Shown here: piece after piece, positions 1-8,878 of the stretch | Layout of the letters: the number at the start of each line of letters is the position of its first letter | How positions within the stretch are numbered: position 1 is the first letter of the stretch | Origin: a virus | Taxonomy: Duplodnaviria > Heunggongvirae > Uroviricota > Caudoviricetes | Reading direction: 5' to 3' (one strand) | IMG/VR virus record: IMGVR_UViG_2671180577_000029 | Length of the DNA: 23,771 nucleotides | Notes under the pieces: model-generated | The model's input: the letters and a program-made list of their open reading frames with translations, nothing else | The model's database searches: none | What the model was told of the DNA's origin: nothing | Translations under genes and position numbers: made by a program

Positions 1-153
1 GTCAATACCAGTGGAACAGGCGGGCATACTTACGCCAGTATTAATATATTCATCAGACCAGCCCGTATACTCAGATGTTTCAGCATCATAATAAAAACAA
101 CGCATATCGCCCGGCACTGTAGCCAGCCCATTTTCATCAAAAACAGGTTTCAT
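1..153 (-). CDS. Tail fiber assembly protein, N-terminal 51 codons only (gene continues past window start)
   Basis: ATG at 153..151 overlaps the H stop codon (TAATG). Frame is open to position 1 and translates MKPVFDENGLATVPGDMRCFYYDAETSEYTGWSDEYINTGVSMPACSTGID. It lies immediately downstream of the tail fiber gene, as G follows H in P2. Confidence 0.6.
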   Translation of the reverse strand, partial: MKPVFDENGLATVPGDMRCFYYDAETSEYTGWSDEYINTGVSMPACSTGID

Positions 154-1436
154 TATTTAGCCCTCACCAGAAAGTTAAATGCAATATTTCGCGGTCTGAC
201 AGCAACAAAATTCACACCATCACCCACAGAGTTACTGGTGAAATTAAATCGTGAAAATCCTGGCTGATTTCCGGCGATGCCATCATGAAAGTTAATTGCG
301 TGTCCCGCACCTCCGCCTATATTCCCGGCAAACTGAGAAAAGTTTGTAGCTGCCTGCCAGCTTAATAATTCGCGACCACCATCTGCACCTCGCCCGTCAT
401 CCCAGATACGAATGAAATCACCGCGGGCCTCAGGTAATACCAGCGAAGGAAACACTTTCGCCAGCACAGGGTAATCAGTGGCAGAGAATTTCGCGCCGTT
501 GAACTTCAAAAACACCATACTGGACCAGCTGTCGATTACAGTATTTGGCATTGCAGCGGACGGCCAGAAGAACGGAACGCCAATAGCTGGAGAACCTTCT
601 CCCAAACCAAGGTATGCGAGAAGACCGGCAACATCCTTTCCACTCAAATGAGTCAGCGTATTGTCCAGCGGTTGTTTACCTGCCAGCGCATTGTTAATGG
701 TGGTGCTGAATTTCGGGTCATTGTTAATGGCTGCGGCAATTTCTTTCAGTGTGTCCAGCGTGGCAGGCGCACCATTAATCAGAGCGGTAATAGCAGCCTG
801 TACAAACGCAGTGGTCGCAATCCGCGTGGTGTTATTTCCTGCATCAGGAGTCGGCGCTTTTGGTTCTCCGGTAAATGTCGGATTATGTTTCTGTGCATAC
901 TGGGTATGAGGATCCTGTGCGGCAATGTGGTTTCTCATCTGGTCATCCACATACAGCCTTAATTCCAGGACTTCATCATCCACGTATTTACGGGTCGCCA
1001 GTACCACCGACGGGTCGATTTTCAGCGTAATAGCTTCGGTATTCGTGACAACCAGAATCATGCGGATAGTCTGGGTACGACCGCTGCCTTCCTGTAACTG
1101 CGGTTTGTACGTTTCCGGGCAGTTCGCCACCGCAATGAGTACGCCTTCATCATCATAAAGCCCAATCTCACGGATCCAGAATCCACCCTCGTTCTCAGGG
1201 ATGATTTGCTCCGCAATAATCTGGCTCTGGTTGTTCGGGTCAACACTCAGAAGATTCAGCGGCGCGATGCGTTTCTGGTTAATCAGTTTTGTCTGTGCCG
1301 GGTCTGGTGTCGGCAAGACACCATTCGCATCACCAACGGCCATTTGCGTCAGATTCAGCTTACTGCCAAGCATCGTCGCGTTAGCCAGCCGTGCTGCGCC
1401 CTGATTAGTCAGAATGGCGTAGTATTTCACTGTCAT
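153..1436 (-). CDS. H: Tail fiber protein (P2 gpH-like), distal duplicated copy, Ala at residue 362
   Basis: 427-aa ORF. N-terminal region (MAVGD...GGFW.RE.GLYDD.G.LIAVAN..E.YKP...EGSGR) matches the conserved P2 gpH N-terminal domain; the C-terminal part is divergent, as expected for a receptor-binding region. Confidence 0.85.
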   Translation of the reverse strand: MTVKYYAILTNQGAARLANATMLGSKLNLTQMAVGDANGVLPTPDPAQTKLINQKRIAPLNLLSVDPNNQSQIIAEQIIPENEGGFWIREIGLYDDEGVLIAVANCPETYKPQLQEGSGRTQTIRMILVVTNTEAITLKIDPSVVLATRKYVDDEVLELRLYVDDQMRNHIAAQDPHTQYAQKHNPTFTGEPKAPTPDAGNNTTRIATTAFVQAAITALINGAPATLDTLKEIAAAINNDPKFSTTINNALAGKQPLDNTLTHLSGKDVAGLLAYLGLGEGSPAIGVPFFWPSAAMPNTVIDSWSSMVFLKFNGAKFSATDYPVLAKVFPSLVLPEARGDFIRIWDDGRGADGGRELLSWQAATNFSQFAGNIGGGAGHAINFHDGIAGNQPGFSRFNFTSNSVGDGVNFVAVRPRNIAFNFLVRAK

Positions 1437-2044
1437 GCGTTTACTCTCAGGTTATCAATTAAATGAATGGCCGAGGCCGGGAAATAATCCCCTCCGACAA
1501 TAATGGCCTCCGGGGTGTAGGGATAAACTGTCAGGGCGTCGCCGTGATAGCATCCCGCACCGGCAAAAATGTTGCCGGTTGTACTTAAACTGATAGCCAG
1601 TCCCGTCAGATGGCGGCTTGCCGGTTTTGCATCAGCAACGAGGCGCTCCAGCTCCTGATACATTTCCTCGGTAATACCCTGCTCAAGCACGCCAACAACG
1701 ATACGGAACGTCCCCGGCTCCTCATTGAGTTGCCACCACTCCCTCACCTCAATCAGATAGCCGAGCGGCTCCACCACACGCCGGATTGCGCCTATAGTGC
1801 CCTTATGGCAGTGAATGAAATACGCATCGCGGATAACAGCGCGTTTTGTCGCTTCCGCCCACTTATCATCCCAGCGGTCAACCGAAAATGACCACGCCAG
1901 CCACGGCAGCAGATTTGCCGGGCAGGTGTCCGGGTTCCACAGCTCACGAATACTGACCGGCGTTTTTTCAATTTCCGCACAGGCTTTTGCAGCAGCGACT
2001 TCAAGCGGTGATGAGCCGGTCGGCAGCAGGCGCAAATCACTCAT
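1433..2044 (-). CDS. I: Baseplate assembly protein I (P2 gpI-like), distal duplicated copy
   Basis: 203-aa ORF beginning MSDLRLLPTGSSPLEVAAAKAC, identical to the copy at 3945..4556; 4-nt overlap with H start. Confidence 0.85.
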   Translation of the reverse strand: MSDLRLLPTGSSPLEVAAAKACAEIEKTPVSIRELWNPDTCPANLLPWLAWSFSVDRWDDKWAEATKRAVIRDAYFIHCHKGTIGAIRRVVEPLGYLIEVREWWQLNEEPGTFRIVVGVLEQGITEEMYQELERLVADAKPASRHLTGLAISLSTTGNIFAGAGCYHGDALTVYPYTPEAIIVGGDYFPASAIHLIDNLRVNA

Positions 2045-2594
2045 CCGAGCCTCCGGTCACGACGCGGTATTCGGTACAGAAAGACGCCTGCGTACTGTTG
2101 AGCACGATGTCGACCAGTGGTGAAGCCAGTTCAACACGCTGCACGCCTTCCACATGCAAAGCGGCATAAATGGCAGACAGACGGATGTCACGCCCCAGCC
2201 GGTGCTGTGCCGTGATGTACGCTTCCAGTTTTTTCACGGCGGCAGCGCGTATGGGTTCGCTTTCGGGACCAGGGTAAAGGTAAAGCGTGGCGTTTATCTG
2301 GTATTCAACAATGGCGGCAGACTGCACGGTCACGCGGTCGGCCACCGGTCTGACGTCCTCGCCATTAAGGGCGTTACGCACCACGGCCAGCAGGTCTTCG
2401 GATGCGACACCATTATTTTCACGTGACAGCACAGAGATGGTGACGCAGGCCGGAGACGGACTGGTGACAGAAATATCGGCGACACGCCCGTCGGCACTGC
2501 GACCATGATACTGATAGGCTCCCACCGACCCGGCGACGCTTAAGCCCTCAAACGCCTGCTGAATACGCAGCCGATAATCGGTGTCAGATTCCAT
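2037..2594 (-). pseudogene. Truncated baseplate J fragment (C-terminal 185 residues of gpJ) created by the duplication junction
   Basis: Identical to residues 118-302 of the full J at 4549..5457. Upstream frame runs into the junction and hits a stop inside duplicated tfa sequence; no Shine-Dalgarno before the internal ATG at 2594. Confidence 0.7.
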
Positions 2595-2664
2595 TACTGC
2601 CGGTGTCGGCGGGATGGTTGAATCATCTGCCGAGCCAGCCCATTTTCATCAAAAACAGGTTTCA

Positions 2665-3948
2665 TTATTTAGCCCTCACCAGAAAGTTAAATGCAATATT
2701 TCGCGGTCTGACAGCAACAAAATTCACACCATCACCCACAGAGTTACTGGTGAAATTAAATCGTGAAAATCCTGGCTGATTTCCGGCGATGCCATCATGA
2801 AAGTTAATTGCGTGTCCCGCACCTCCGCCTATATTCCCGGCAAACTGAGAAAAGTTTGTAGCTTCCTGCCAGCTTAATAATTCGCGACCACCGTCTGCAC
2901 CTCGCCCGTCATCCCAGATACGAATGAAATCACCGCGGGCTTCAGGTAATACCAGCGAAGGAAATACTTTCGCCAGCACAGGATAATCAGTGGCAGAGAA
3001 TTTCGCGCCGTTGAACTTCAAAAACACCATACTGGACCAGCTGTCGATTACAGTATTTGGCATTGCAGCGGACGGCCAGAAGAACGGAACGCCAATAGCT
3101 GGAGAACCTTCTCCCAAACCAAGGTATGCGAGAAGACCGGCAACATCCTTTCCACTCAAATGAGTCAGCGTATTGTCCAGCGGTTGTTTACCTGCCAGCG
3201 CATTGTTAATGGTGGTGCTGAATTTCGGGTCATTGTTAATGGCTGCGGCAATTTCTTTCAGTGTGTCCAGCGTGGCAGGCGCACCATTAATCAGAGCGGT
3301 AATAGCAGCCTGTACAAACGCAGTGGTCGCAATCCGCGTGGTGTTATTTCCTGCATCAGGAGTCGGCGCTTTTGGTTCTCCGGTAAATGTCGGATTATGT
3401 TTCTGTGCATACTGGGTATGAGGATCCTGTGCGGCAATGTGGTTTCTCATCTGGTCATCCACATACAGCCTTAATTCCAGGACTTCATCATCCACGTATT
3501 TACGGGTCGCCAGTACCACCGACGGGTCGATTTTCAGCGTAATAGCTTCGGTATTCGTGACAACCAGAATCATGCGGATAGTCTGGGTACGACCGCTGCC
3601 TTCCTGTAACTGCGGTTTGTACGTTTCCGGGCAGTTCGCCACCGCAATGAGTACGCCTTCATCATCATAAAGCCCAATCTCACGGATCCAGAATCCACCC
3701 TCGTTCTCAGGGATGATTTGCTCCGCAATAATCTGGCTCTGGTTGTTCGGGTCAACACTCAGAAGATTCAGCGGCGCGATGCGTTTCTGGTTAATCAGTT
3801 TTGTCTGTGCCGGGTCTGGTGTCGGCAAGACACCATTCGCATCACCAACGGCCATTTGCGTCAGATTCAGCTTACTGCCAAGCATCGTCGCGTTAGCCAG
3901 CCGTGCTGCGCCCTGATTAGTCAGAATGGCGTAGTATTTCACTGTCAT
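2665..3948 (-). CDS. H: Tail fiber protein (P2 gpH-like), proximal copy, Glu at residue 362
   Basis: 427-aa ORF identical to 153..1436 except Glu instead of Ala at residue 362 (codon 2865..2863 GAA versus GCA). Confidence 0.85.
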   Translation of the reverse strand: MTVKYYAILTNQGAARLANATMLGSKLNLTQMAVGDANGVLPTPDPAQTKLINQKRIAPLNLLSVDPNNQSQIIAEQIIPENEGGFWIREIGLYDDEGVLIAVANCPETYKPQLQEGSGRTQTIRMILVVTNTEAITLKIDPSVVLATRKYVDDEVLELRLYVDDQMRNHIAAQDPHTQYAQKHNPTFTGEPKAPTPDAGNNTTRIATTAFVQAAITALINGAPATLDTLKEIAAAINNDPKFSTTINNALAGKQPLDNTLTHLSGKDVAGLLAYLGLGEGSPAIGVPFFWPSAAMPNTVIDSWSSMVFLKFNGAKFSATDYPVLAKVFPSLVLPEARGDFIRIWDDGRGADGGRELLSWQEATNFSQFAGNIGGGAGHAINFHDGIAGNQPGFSRFNFTSNSVGDGVNFVAVRPRNIAFNFLVRAK

Positions 3949-4556
3949 GCGTTTACTCTCAGGTTATCAATTAAATGAATGGCCGAGGCCGGGAAATAAT
4001 CCCCTCCGACAATAATGGCCTCCGGGGTGTAGGGATAAACTGTCAGGGCGTCGCCGTGATAGCATCCCGCACCGGCAAAAATGTTGCCGGTTGTACTTAA
4101 ACTGATAGCCAGTCCCGTCAGATGGCGGCTTGCCGGTTTTGCATCAGCAACGAGGCGCTCCAGCTCCTGATACATTTCCTCGGTAATACCCTGCTCAAGC
4201 ACGCCAACAACGATACGGAACGTCCCCGGCTCCTCATTGAGTTGCCACCACTCCCTCACCTCAATCAGATAGCCGAGCGGCTCCACCACACGCCGGATTG
4301 CGCCTATAGTGCCCTTATGGCAGTGAATGAAATACGCATCGCGGATAACAGCGCGTTTTGTCGCTTCCGCCCACTTATCATCCCAGCGGTCAACCGAAAA
4401 TGACCACGCCAGCCACGGCAGCAGATTTGCCGGGCAGGTGTCCGGGTTCCACAGCTCACGAATACTGACCGGCGTTTTTTCAATTTCCGCACAGGCTTTT
4501 GCAGCAGCGACTTCAAGCGGTGATGAGCCGGTCGGCAGCAGGCGCAAATCACTCAT
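3945..4556 (-). CDS. I: Baseplate assembly protein I (P2 gpI-like)
   Basis: 203-aa ORF with N-terminus MSDLRLLPTGSSPLEVAAAKAC; lies between J and H as in P2. Confidence 0.9.
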   Translation of the reverse strand: MSDLRLLPTGSSPLEVAAAKACAEIEKTPVSIRELWNPDTCPANLLPWLAWSFSVDRWDDKWAEATKRAVIRDAYFIHCHKGTIGAIRRVVEPLGYLIEVREWWQLNEEPGTFRIVVGVLEQGITEEMYQELERLVADAKPASRHLTGLAISLSTTGNIFAGAGCYHGDALTVYPYTPEAIIVGGDYFPASAIHLIDNLRVNA

Positions 4557-5457
4557 CCGAGCCTCCGGTCACGACGCGGTATTCGGTACAGAAAGACGCC
4601 TGCGTACTGTTGAGCACGATGTCGACCAGTGGTGAAGCCAGTTCAACACGCTGCACGCCTTCCACATGCAAAGCGGCATAAATGGCAGACAGACGGATGT
4701 CACGCCCCAGCCGGTGCTGTGCCGTGATGTACGCTTCCAGTTTTTTCACGGCGGCAGCGCGTATGGGTTCGCTTTCGGGACCAGGGTAAAGGTAAAGCGT
4801 GGCGTTTATCTGGTATTCAACAATGGCGGCAGACTGCACGGTCACGCGGTCGGCCACCGGTCTGACGTCCTCGCCATTAAGGGCGTTACGCACCACGGCC
4901 AGCAGGTCTTCGGATGCGACACCATTATTTTCACGTGACAGCACAGAGATGGTGACGCAGGCCGGAGACGGACTGGTGACAGAAATATCGGCGACACGCC
5001 CGTCGGCACTGCGACCATGATACTGATAGGCTCCCACCGACCCGGCGACGCTTAAGCCCTCAAACGCCTGCTGAATACGCAGCCGATAATCGGTGTCAGA
5101 TTCCATTACTGCCGGTGTCGGCGGGATGGTTGAATCATCTGCCGGGGTGATAATCAGGCGTGTGGTGTTGTAATTGGCACCAATCACATCAAGGTCATTA
5201 CCGGCTGCACAGGCCAGCATCACCGCCCGTGCAGCCTCATTCACACGCTGACGCCAGATAAGCTCACGATAAGCATTTTCCTCCAGCAGTTTGACGAGAG
5301 GCTCAGATTCCAGTGTCAGGGTACGGGCGACCGCCTCCTGCTGGTCTTCCGGGTAAAGGGAAATCAGTGTCGCCTTGCGTTCGGCAAGAATGGTTTCAAA
5401 GTCCAGCTCCTCGACCACATCCGGTGCGGGTAGCTGGTTCAGGTCGATAATCGGCAT
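4549..5457 (-). CDS. J: Baseplate assembly protein J (P2 gpJ-like)
   Basis: 302-aa ORF, the same length as P2 gpJ; follows W and precedes I. Confidence 0.9.
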   Translation of the reverse strand: MPIIDLNQLPAPDVVEELDFETILAERKATLISLYPEDQQEAVARTLTLESEPLVKLLEENAYRELIWRQRVNEAARAVMLACAAGNDLDVIGANYNTTRLIITPADDSTIPPTPAVMESDTDYRLRIQQAFEGLSVAGSVGAYQYHGRSADGRVADISVTSPSPACVTISVLSRENNGVASEDLLAVVRNALNGEDVRPVADRVTVQSAAIVEYQINATLYLYPGPESEPIRAAAVKKLEAYITAQHRLGRDIRLSAIYAALHVEGVQRVELASPLVDIVLNSTQASFCTEYRVVTGGSDE

Positions 5458-5461
5458 GGTT

Positions 5462-5809
5462 TCAACTCACAGGGATGGTTAACGAAAGTGGCTGGCCGGT
5501 GTCGTTGTGCTGGCCGGTTAACGTGACCGTCATTCGCCCGTCAAAACTGCGCGCCGTGGTGACGGATGACAGGGTGACGCGGGGTTCCCATTTCAGCACT
5601 GCCATGTAACAGGCGACTTTAATCTGCAACTCAAGCGCCGGGGTCTGCGGCTGGTCAATCATTGACGCCAGCAACGAGCCGTAATCACGACGCATCACCC
5701 GTGAGCCGACCGGTGTGCGCAGGATATCGCCGATACTCTGGCTGATATGCTCAAGGTCAGTGACAGTCAGGCCATCACTGCGATTCATTCCGAGATAACG
5801 CGCTGTCAT
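5462..5809 (-). CDS. W: Baseplate assembly protein W (gp25/GPW family)
   Basis: 115-aa ORF, same length as P2 gpW; ATGA overlap with V stop. Confidence 0.9.
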   Translation of the reverse strand: MTARYLGMNRSDGLTVTDLEHISQSIGDILRTPVGSRVMRRDYGSLLASMIDQPQTPALELQIKVACYMAVLKWEPRVTLSSVTTARSFDGRMTVTLTGQHNDTGQPLSLTIPVS

Positions 5810-6441
5810 AGAGGTCCCCCTGTTGTGCCGCCACTGTCGCCGGGGTGTTTATGGGTATGCAGTACCTTACCGTTTGATGAGAGTTCACCGCCGGTGTGTT
5901 CAATGTTGCCGCGCATCGTCCCGCCCTTCTGCACTTCCAGCGTGCCGGTAATCAGCCTGTTGGTGCAGACCACCTCCGGTGTGTCCAGGGTGACGCGGGT
6001 TGATGCTTTCACCATGACCACCGGCACCGTGGCAGTAACAGAATCAGAAGCCGTCACGCTGGCCGTTTTAATTCCGCTTACCGTGAGTGCACTGGTTTCG
6101 GGTTCATACTCAATCACCGCCCCGTCAGGGAAACGGATATGCAGGGCATCCGCCGACGCAGACGGCGCGGGGTTATCGCCGGAATAAATCCCCGGCAGAA
6201 CAAACGCCGTGTCAAGTTCACCGCCCACGGCCAGAATCAGCACCTGCTCCCCCACGGAAGGTGCCCACCATGTGCGCGAACGACCGGCACGACAGGTCAG
6301 CCACTGAAGCCAGTCGGTGCACATGCCACCGGTCTGCACACGGCAGCGACCGGCTTTAAGGTTGGTTTCGACGACAAGGCCGGTGCGAATCATGTTGCGC
6401 AGTGCGCGCGCGAGTTCCTGGATATTTGCGAGAGTGTTCAT
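5806..6441 (-). CDS. V: Baseplate spike protein V (P2 gpV-like)
   Basis: 211-aa ORF (P2 gpV is 211 aa), beginning MNTLANIQELARALRNMIRTGLVVE. Confidence 0.9.
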   Translation of the reverse strand: MNTLANIQELARALRNMIRTGLVVETNLKAGRCRVQTGGMCTDWLQWLTCRAGRSRTWWAPSVGEQVLILAVGGELDTAFVLPGIYSGDNPAPSASADALHIRFPDGAVIEYEPETSALTVSGIKTASVTASDSVTATVPVVMVKASTRVTLDTPEVVCTNRLITGTLEVQKGGTMRGNIEHTGGELSSNGKVLHTHKHPGDSGGTTGGPL

Positions 6442-6453
6442 AACGGGAAGGAT

Positions 6454-6475
6454 GCCGCCGGGTCATACCGGCGGC
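6454..6475 (-). promoter_or_regulatory. GC-rich hairpin (8-bp stem GCCGCCGG/CCGGCGGC, 6-nt loop) in the S-V intergenic region
   Basis: Perfect inverted repeat read directly from the sequence, 15 nt upstream of the V ATG and downstream of the S stop. Could be a terminator for the O-to-S operon or a 5' UTR structure for V; a TGT-N10-ACA dyad lies just upstream at 6491..6506. Confidence 0.35.
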
Positions 6476-6507
6476 AATGTAACGATGAGGTGTCGGGAAT
6501 GGCACAA

Positions 6508-6960
6508 CTAACGGTCGAGGTGAGCCAGGATAATCTCTTCAATCATCTGCACATCCTCACCGGTAAAGCCGAGCAGAGGACGCACCGGATAATCAATTTT
6601 CTTACCGTCTTTCCGGTTTTCTTCCGACAGACCAAACTGATGCACACTGGCGATTTTCGGTGACTTCCCGCCGTAAAACTCCATTGATGCCTGTTCAGGG
6701 CTGGCGCGGATATGCAAAAAACGACTGGTGATAAGTTTCGCAAACATTTTTCGCTTAACACGACCGGTCTTTTTTCTGGCGCTCTGCTGCTGGCGTGGCG
6801 CGTAGGGTGTGCCGTCCGGGGCTTTCTGTGCCATCACCCGACGCTGCTGACTCTGCCGCAGACGTTTCGCCAGTTCGGCACTCAGTCGCCGACGCCCTGA
6901 CGGTGACAGCGACTCAATCAGTCCGGTCAGCCGGTCTTCAAAACGCTTAAACTCATTCAT
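6508..6960 (-). CDS. S: Tail completion protein S (P2 gpS-like)
   Basis: 150-aa ORF, same length as P2 gpS, beginning MNEFKRFEDRLTGLIESL. Confidence 0.9.
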   Translation of the reverse strand: MNEFKRFEDRLTGLIESLSPSGRRRLSAELAKRLRQSQQRRVMAQKAPDGTPYAPRQQQSARKKTGRVKRKMFAKLITSRFLHIRASPEQASMEFYGGKSPKIASVHQFGLSEENRKDGKKIDYPVRPLLGFTGEDVQMIEEIILAHLDR

Positions 6961-7420
6961 CCCACTTGCTCACCAGTTCGCCATTGATATAAAGCTCCAT
7001 CGGGCGGGTGACCGGCTCCGGCGGCGTGGGTTCCGGGATATTCTTCACATGCAGCGCGCCGTCCACCTCACTGACCAGCGTGCGCTCGGTCAGCATCAGG
7101 CTGATGCTGATATCAAAGCTGCTGTCATTGTTGATGTCTGCATAAAACGTGAAGCCCTTTTTCTGGCCTTCGTCAGTGGTCATGATGTCGGGCTGATTTT
7201 CCCGCAGCCACGCCAGCACCGGCACGATGAGCAGGTCAAAATCACCGGTAAAGTCGGTCACAATGACATTGAGCGTGTAACGCTTTTCAAATGACAGCGA
7301 CGTCGCCAGTGTGGAGGCAATACTCCCGTTATCCACGAATATCCGCAGCATCTCGGGACTGGTTTTCAGCACCGTGACGGCATCAGTCAGCGCCCTGCGC
7401 AGGCTGTCGGGTTTGAGCAT
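6953..7420 (-). CDS. R: Tail completion protein R (P2 gpR-like)
   Basis: 155-aa ORF, same length as P2 gpR, beginning MLKPDSLRRALTDAVTVLKT. Confidence 0.9.
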   Translation of the reverse strand: MLKPDSLRRALTDAVTVLKTSPEMLRIFVDNGSIASTLATSLSFEKRYTLNVIVTDFTGDFDLLIVPVLAWLRENQPDIMTTDEGQKKGFTFYADINNDSSFDISISLMLTERTLVSEVDGALHVKNIPEPTPPEPVTRPMELYINGELVSKWDE

Positions 7421-7673
7421 CGTTTTCGTCCTGACAGTGTTTAATCATTTTTACCTGGCTGGCACAGCGTGCCAGCGCGTTCTCAAGCTGCCGGATATCG
7501 GCACTTAAATCACCGTTCGTCTCCGGGTCACTGCCCGGCATCGGGCAAAGGCTCACTTTCGGGCAGGCGTTGTGGACAATCACTGGCGTCAGTGCAGGCC
7601 GGGCGCTGGTGCAACCGGCGCACAGCATCAGGCAGGTCAGCGCCGTACCAGCGGCGAAAATCTTCGTTTTCAT
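7383..7673 (-). CDS. lysC: LysC, Rz1-like outer-membrane spanin lipoprotein, partly embedded in lysB
   Basis: 96-aa ORF in an alternative frame, overlapping the lysB 3' end and the R 5' end. N-terminal signal with Cys-containing lipobox-like LMLCAGC; Pro-rich, as in Rz1-type o-spanins. Confidence 0.75.
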   Translation of the reverse strand: MKTKIFAAGTALTCLMLCAGCTSARPALTPVIVHNACPKVSLCPMPGSDPETNGDLSADIRQLENALARCASQVKMIKHCQDENDAQTRQPAQGAD

Positions 7674-7953
7674 TCAGTAACCTCGTGATGGTTTTCTCGC
7701 GCTGTGCTTCACGCTTCGCGGCGTTTTCCAGTTCCTGACGCAGTGCAACCTGCGCCAGCTCGTTTTTATCTGCCCTGGTGAGCGCAACATGAAACTGTTT
7801 TTTCAGCATGGTGATGGTCATCTGCTGCCCGCTGGCGACATTGTTTGCCCTGTCCAGCGAGGCGCGCAGGCTGGCGTTTTCATGCTTCGCCAGAAACAGC
7901 CCCGCCACCGCCAGTGATAACAACACAACCAGCACAATCATCAGTTTTGACAT
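7528..7953 (-). CDS. lysB: LysB, Rz-like inner-membrane spanin
   Basis: 141-aa ORF with an N-terminal transmembrane segment (MSKLMIVLVVLLSLAVAGLFLA) followed by a charged, coiled-coil-like region; P2 lysB position and length. Confidence 0.85.
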   Translation of the reverse strand: MSKLMIVLVVLLSLAVAGLFLAKHENASLRASLDRANNVASGQQMTITMLKKQFHVALTRADKNELAQVALRQELENAAKREAQREKTITRLLNENEDFRRWYGADLPDAVRRLHQRPACTDASDCPQRLPESEPLPDAGQ

Positions 7954-8366
7954 GGTTCCCGCCCCTCAAAACGCTGACGGCAGGCCGTACGTATCAGCCG
8001 GAAGAACAGCGACGCCACGAGGTAAATCAGCGCAGTAAAAATCCACCCGGCAGCGACCAGCGAGATAAACGTCGCCACCATCACTACCAGAGCCACTGAC
8101 CGCCTGCGCCACGGCACCGGCTGCAAAAACAGCGCCGTGACAATCTTCACGGCCAGCGATTCCGGCGGCAGCTCCCGCCCGTAGCGTTCCAGCACATACT
8201 CAGTGGCATACACGCCGACACCACCGGCAACCACACAGATAACCGTCACCAGAATCGCCCAGGCGGCGACAAAATTGACGGCCACGCTCTGCGGGTAAAT
8301 CAGGGACAGTGCCAGCATCAGCGCCAGCGACACGTTCAGCATCAGTGAAAGGGATAATTTCTTCAT
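7941..8366 (-). CDS. lysA: LysA, lysis timing membrane protein
   Basis: 141-aa ORF with multiple hydrophobic segments; P2 lysA position and length. Confidence 0.85.
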   Translation of the reverse strand: MKKLSLSLMLNVSLALMLALSLIYPQSVAVNFVAAWAILVTVICVVAGGVGVYATEYVLERYGRELPPESLAVKIVTALFLQPVPWRRRSVALVVMVATFISLVAAGWIFTALIYLVASLFFRLIRTACRQRFEGREPCQN

Positions 8367-8380
8367 GGTATTTACTCCGT

Positions 8381-8878
8381 TTAAGCCGGTACGCCGCCGG
8401 CGGTACGCCAGACGGTGACCAGTTTTTCCAGTGAATGCTCACGCTGACCGTAACCGGCACCCGGCAGGGACGCCCAGATATTGCGACAGCGTGAAATGGC
8501 GCGCTCAATGCGTCCCGCCCGGATGTCATCCAGCGCACCGCGTTCGCGGATCAACTGAATGGCGAGTCTGTCCTGTGACAACGGACTGAAATCCGGCAGG
8601 GCAAGCTGTTTGCGGTAATGCGGCCAGAACAGGTAAAGCTGCTGATAGCGACCGGAGGCCGTGGATTTTTCACCGCGACGGTTAAACACCTTCGCCGGTC
8701 GACCATGTGCGAACGGGTGGTCACTGTAGTCGGTGAAGATTTCCGGCTTTCCATCCAGTCCGGTGACTATCACGTCATAGCCCCGGTTTTTCGTCAGCGG
8801 ATGGTTCGCCGTCCCTTCGGACACGGCCAGCATGTCGAGAAAGGCGGCGATATTCTGATGCGTGTTAATTACCGGCAT
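8381..8878 (-). CDS. K: Endolysin (P2 gpK-like lysozyme)
   Basis: 165-aa ORF beginning MPVINTHQNIAAFLDMLAVSEGT; same length and position as P2 K. Confidence 0.9.
   Translation of the reverse strand: MPVINTHQNIAAFLDMLAVSEGTANHPLTKNRGYDVIVTGLDGKPEIFTDYSDHPFAHGRPAKVFNRRGEKSTASGRYQQLYLFWPHYRKQLALPDFSPLSQDRLAIQLIRERGALDDIRAGRIERAISRCRNIWASLPGAGYGQREHSLEKLVTVWRTAGGVPA

Larger units (their letters stand above)
121..2632. repeat. Tandem direct duplication, distal copy (2512 bp)
   Basis: 121..2632 aligns base for base with 2633..5144 at an offset of 2512; I found 5 mismatches, at 352, 381, 429, 453 and 471. Flanks diverge at 120/121 and at 5144/5145. Confidence 0.9.
2633..5144. repeat. Tandem direct duplication, proximal copy (2512 bp)
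   Basis: Second copy of the 2512-bp unit. Begins with the last 11 codons' worth of tfa N-terminus plus the H stop region and ends inside J. Confidence 0.9.

Noticed and set aside
2594-2665. 24-codon ORF MKPVFDENGLARQMIQPSRRHRQ at the duplication junction
   Set aside because: It is a chimera of the first 11 tfa codons and out-of-frame J sequence created by the junction, not an independent gene.
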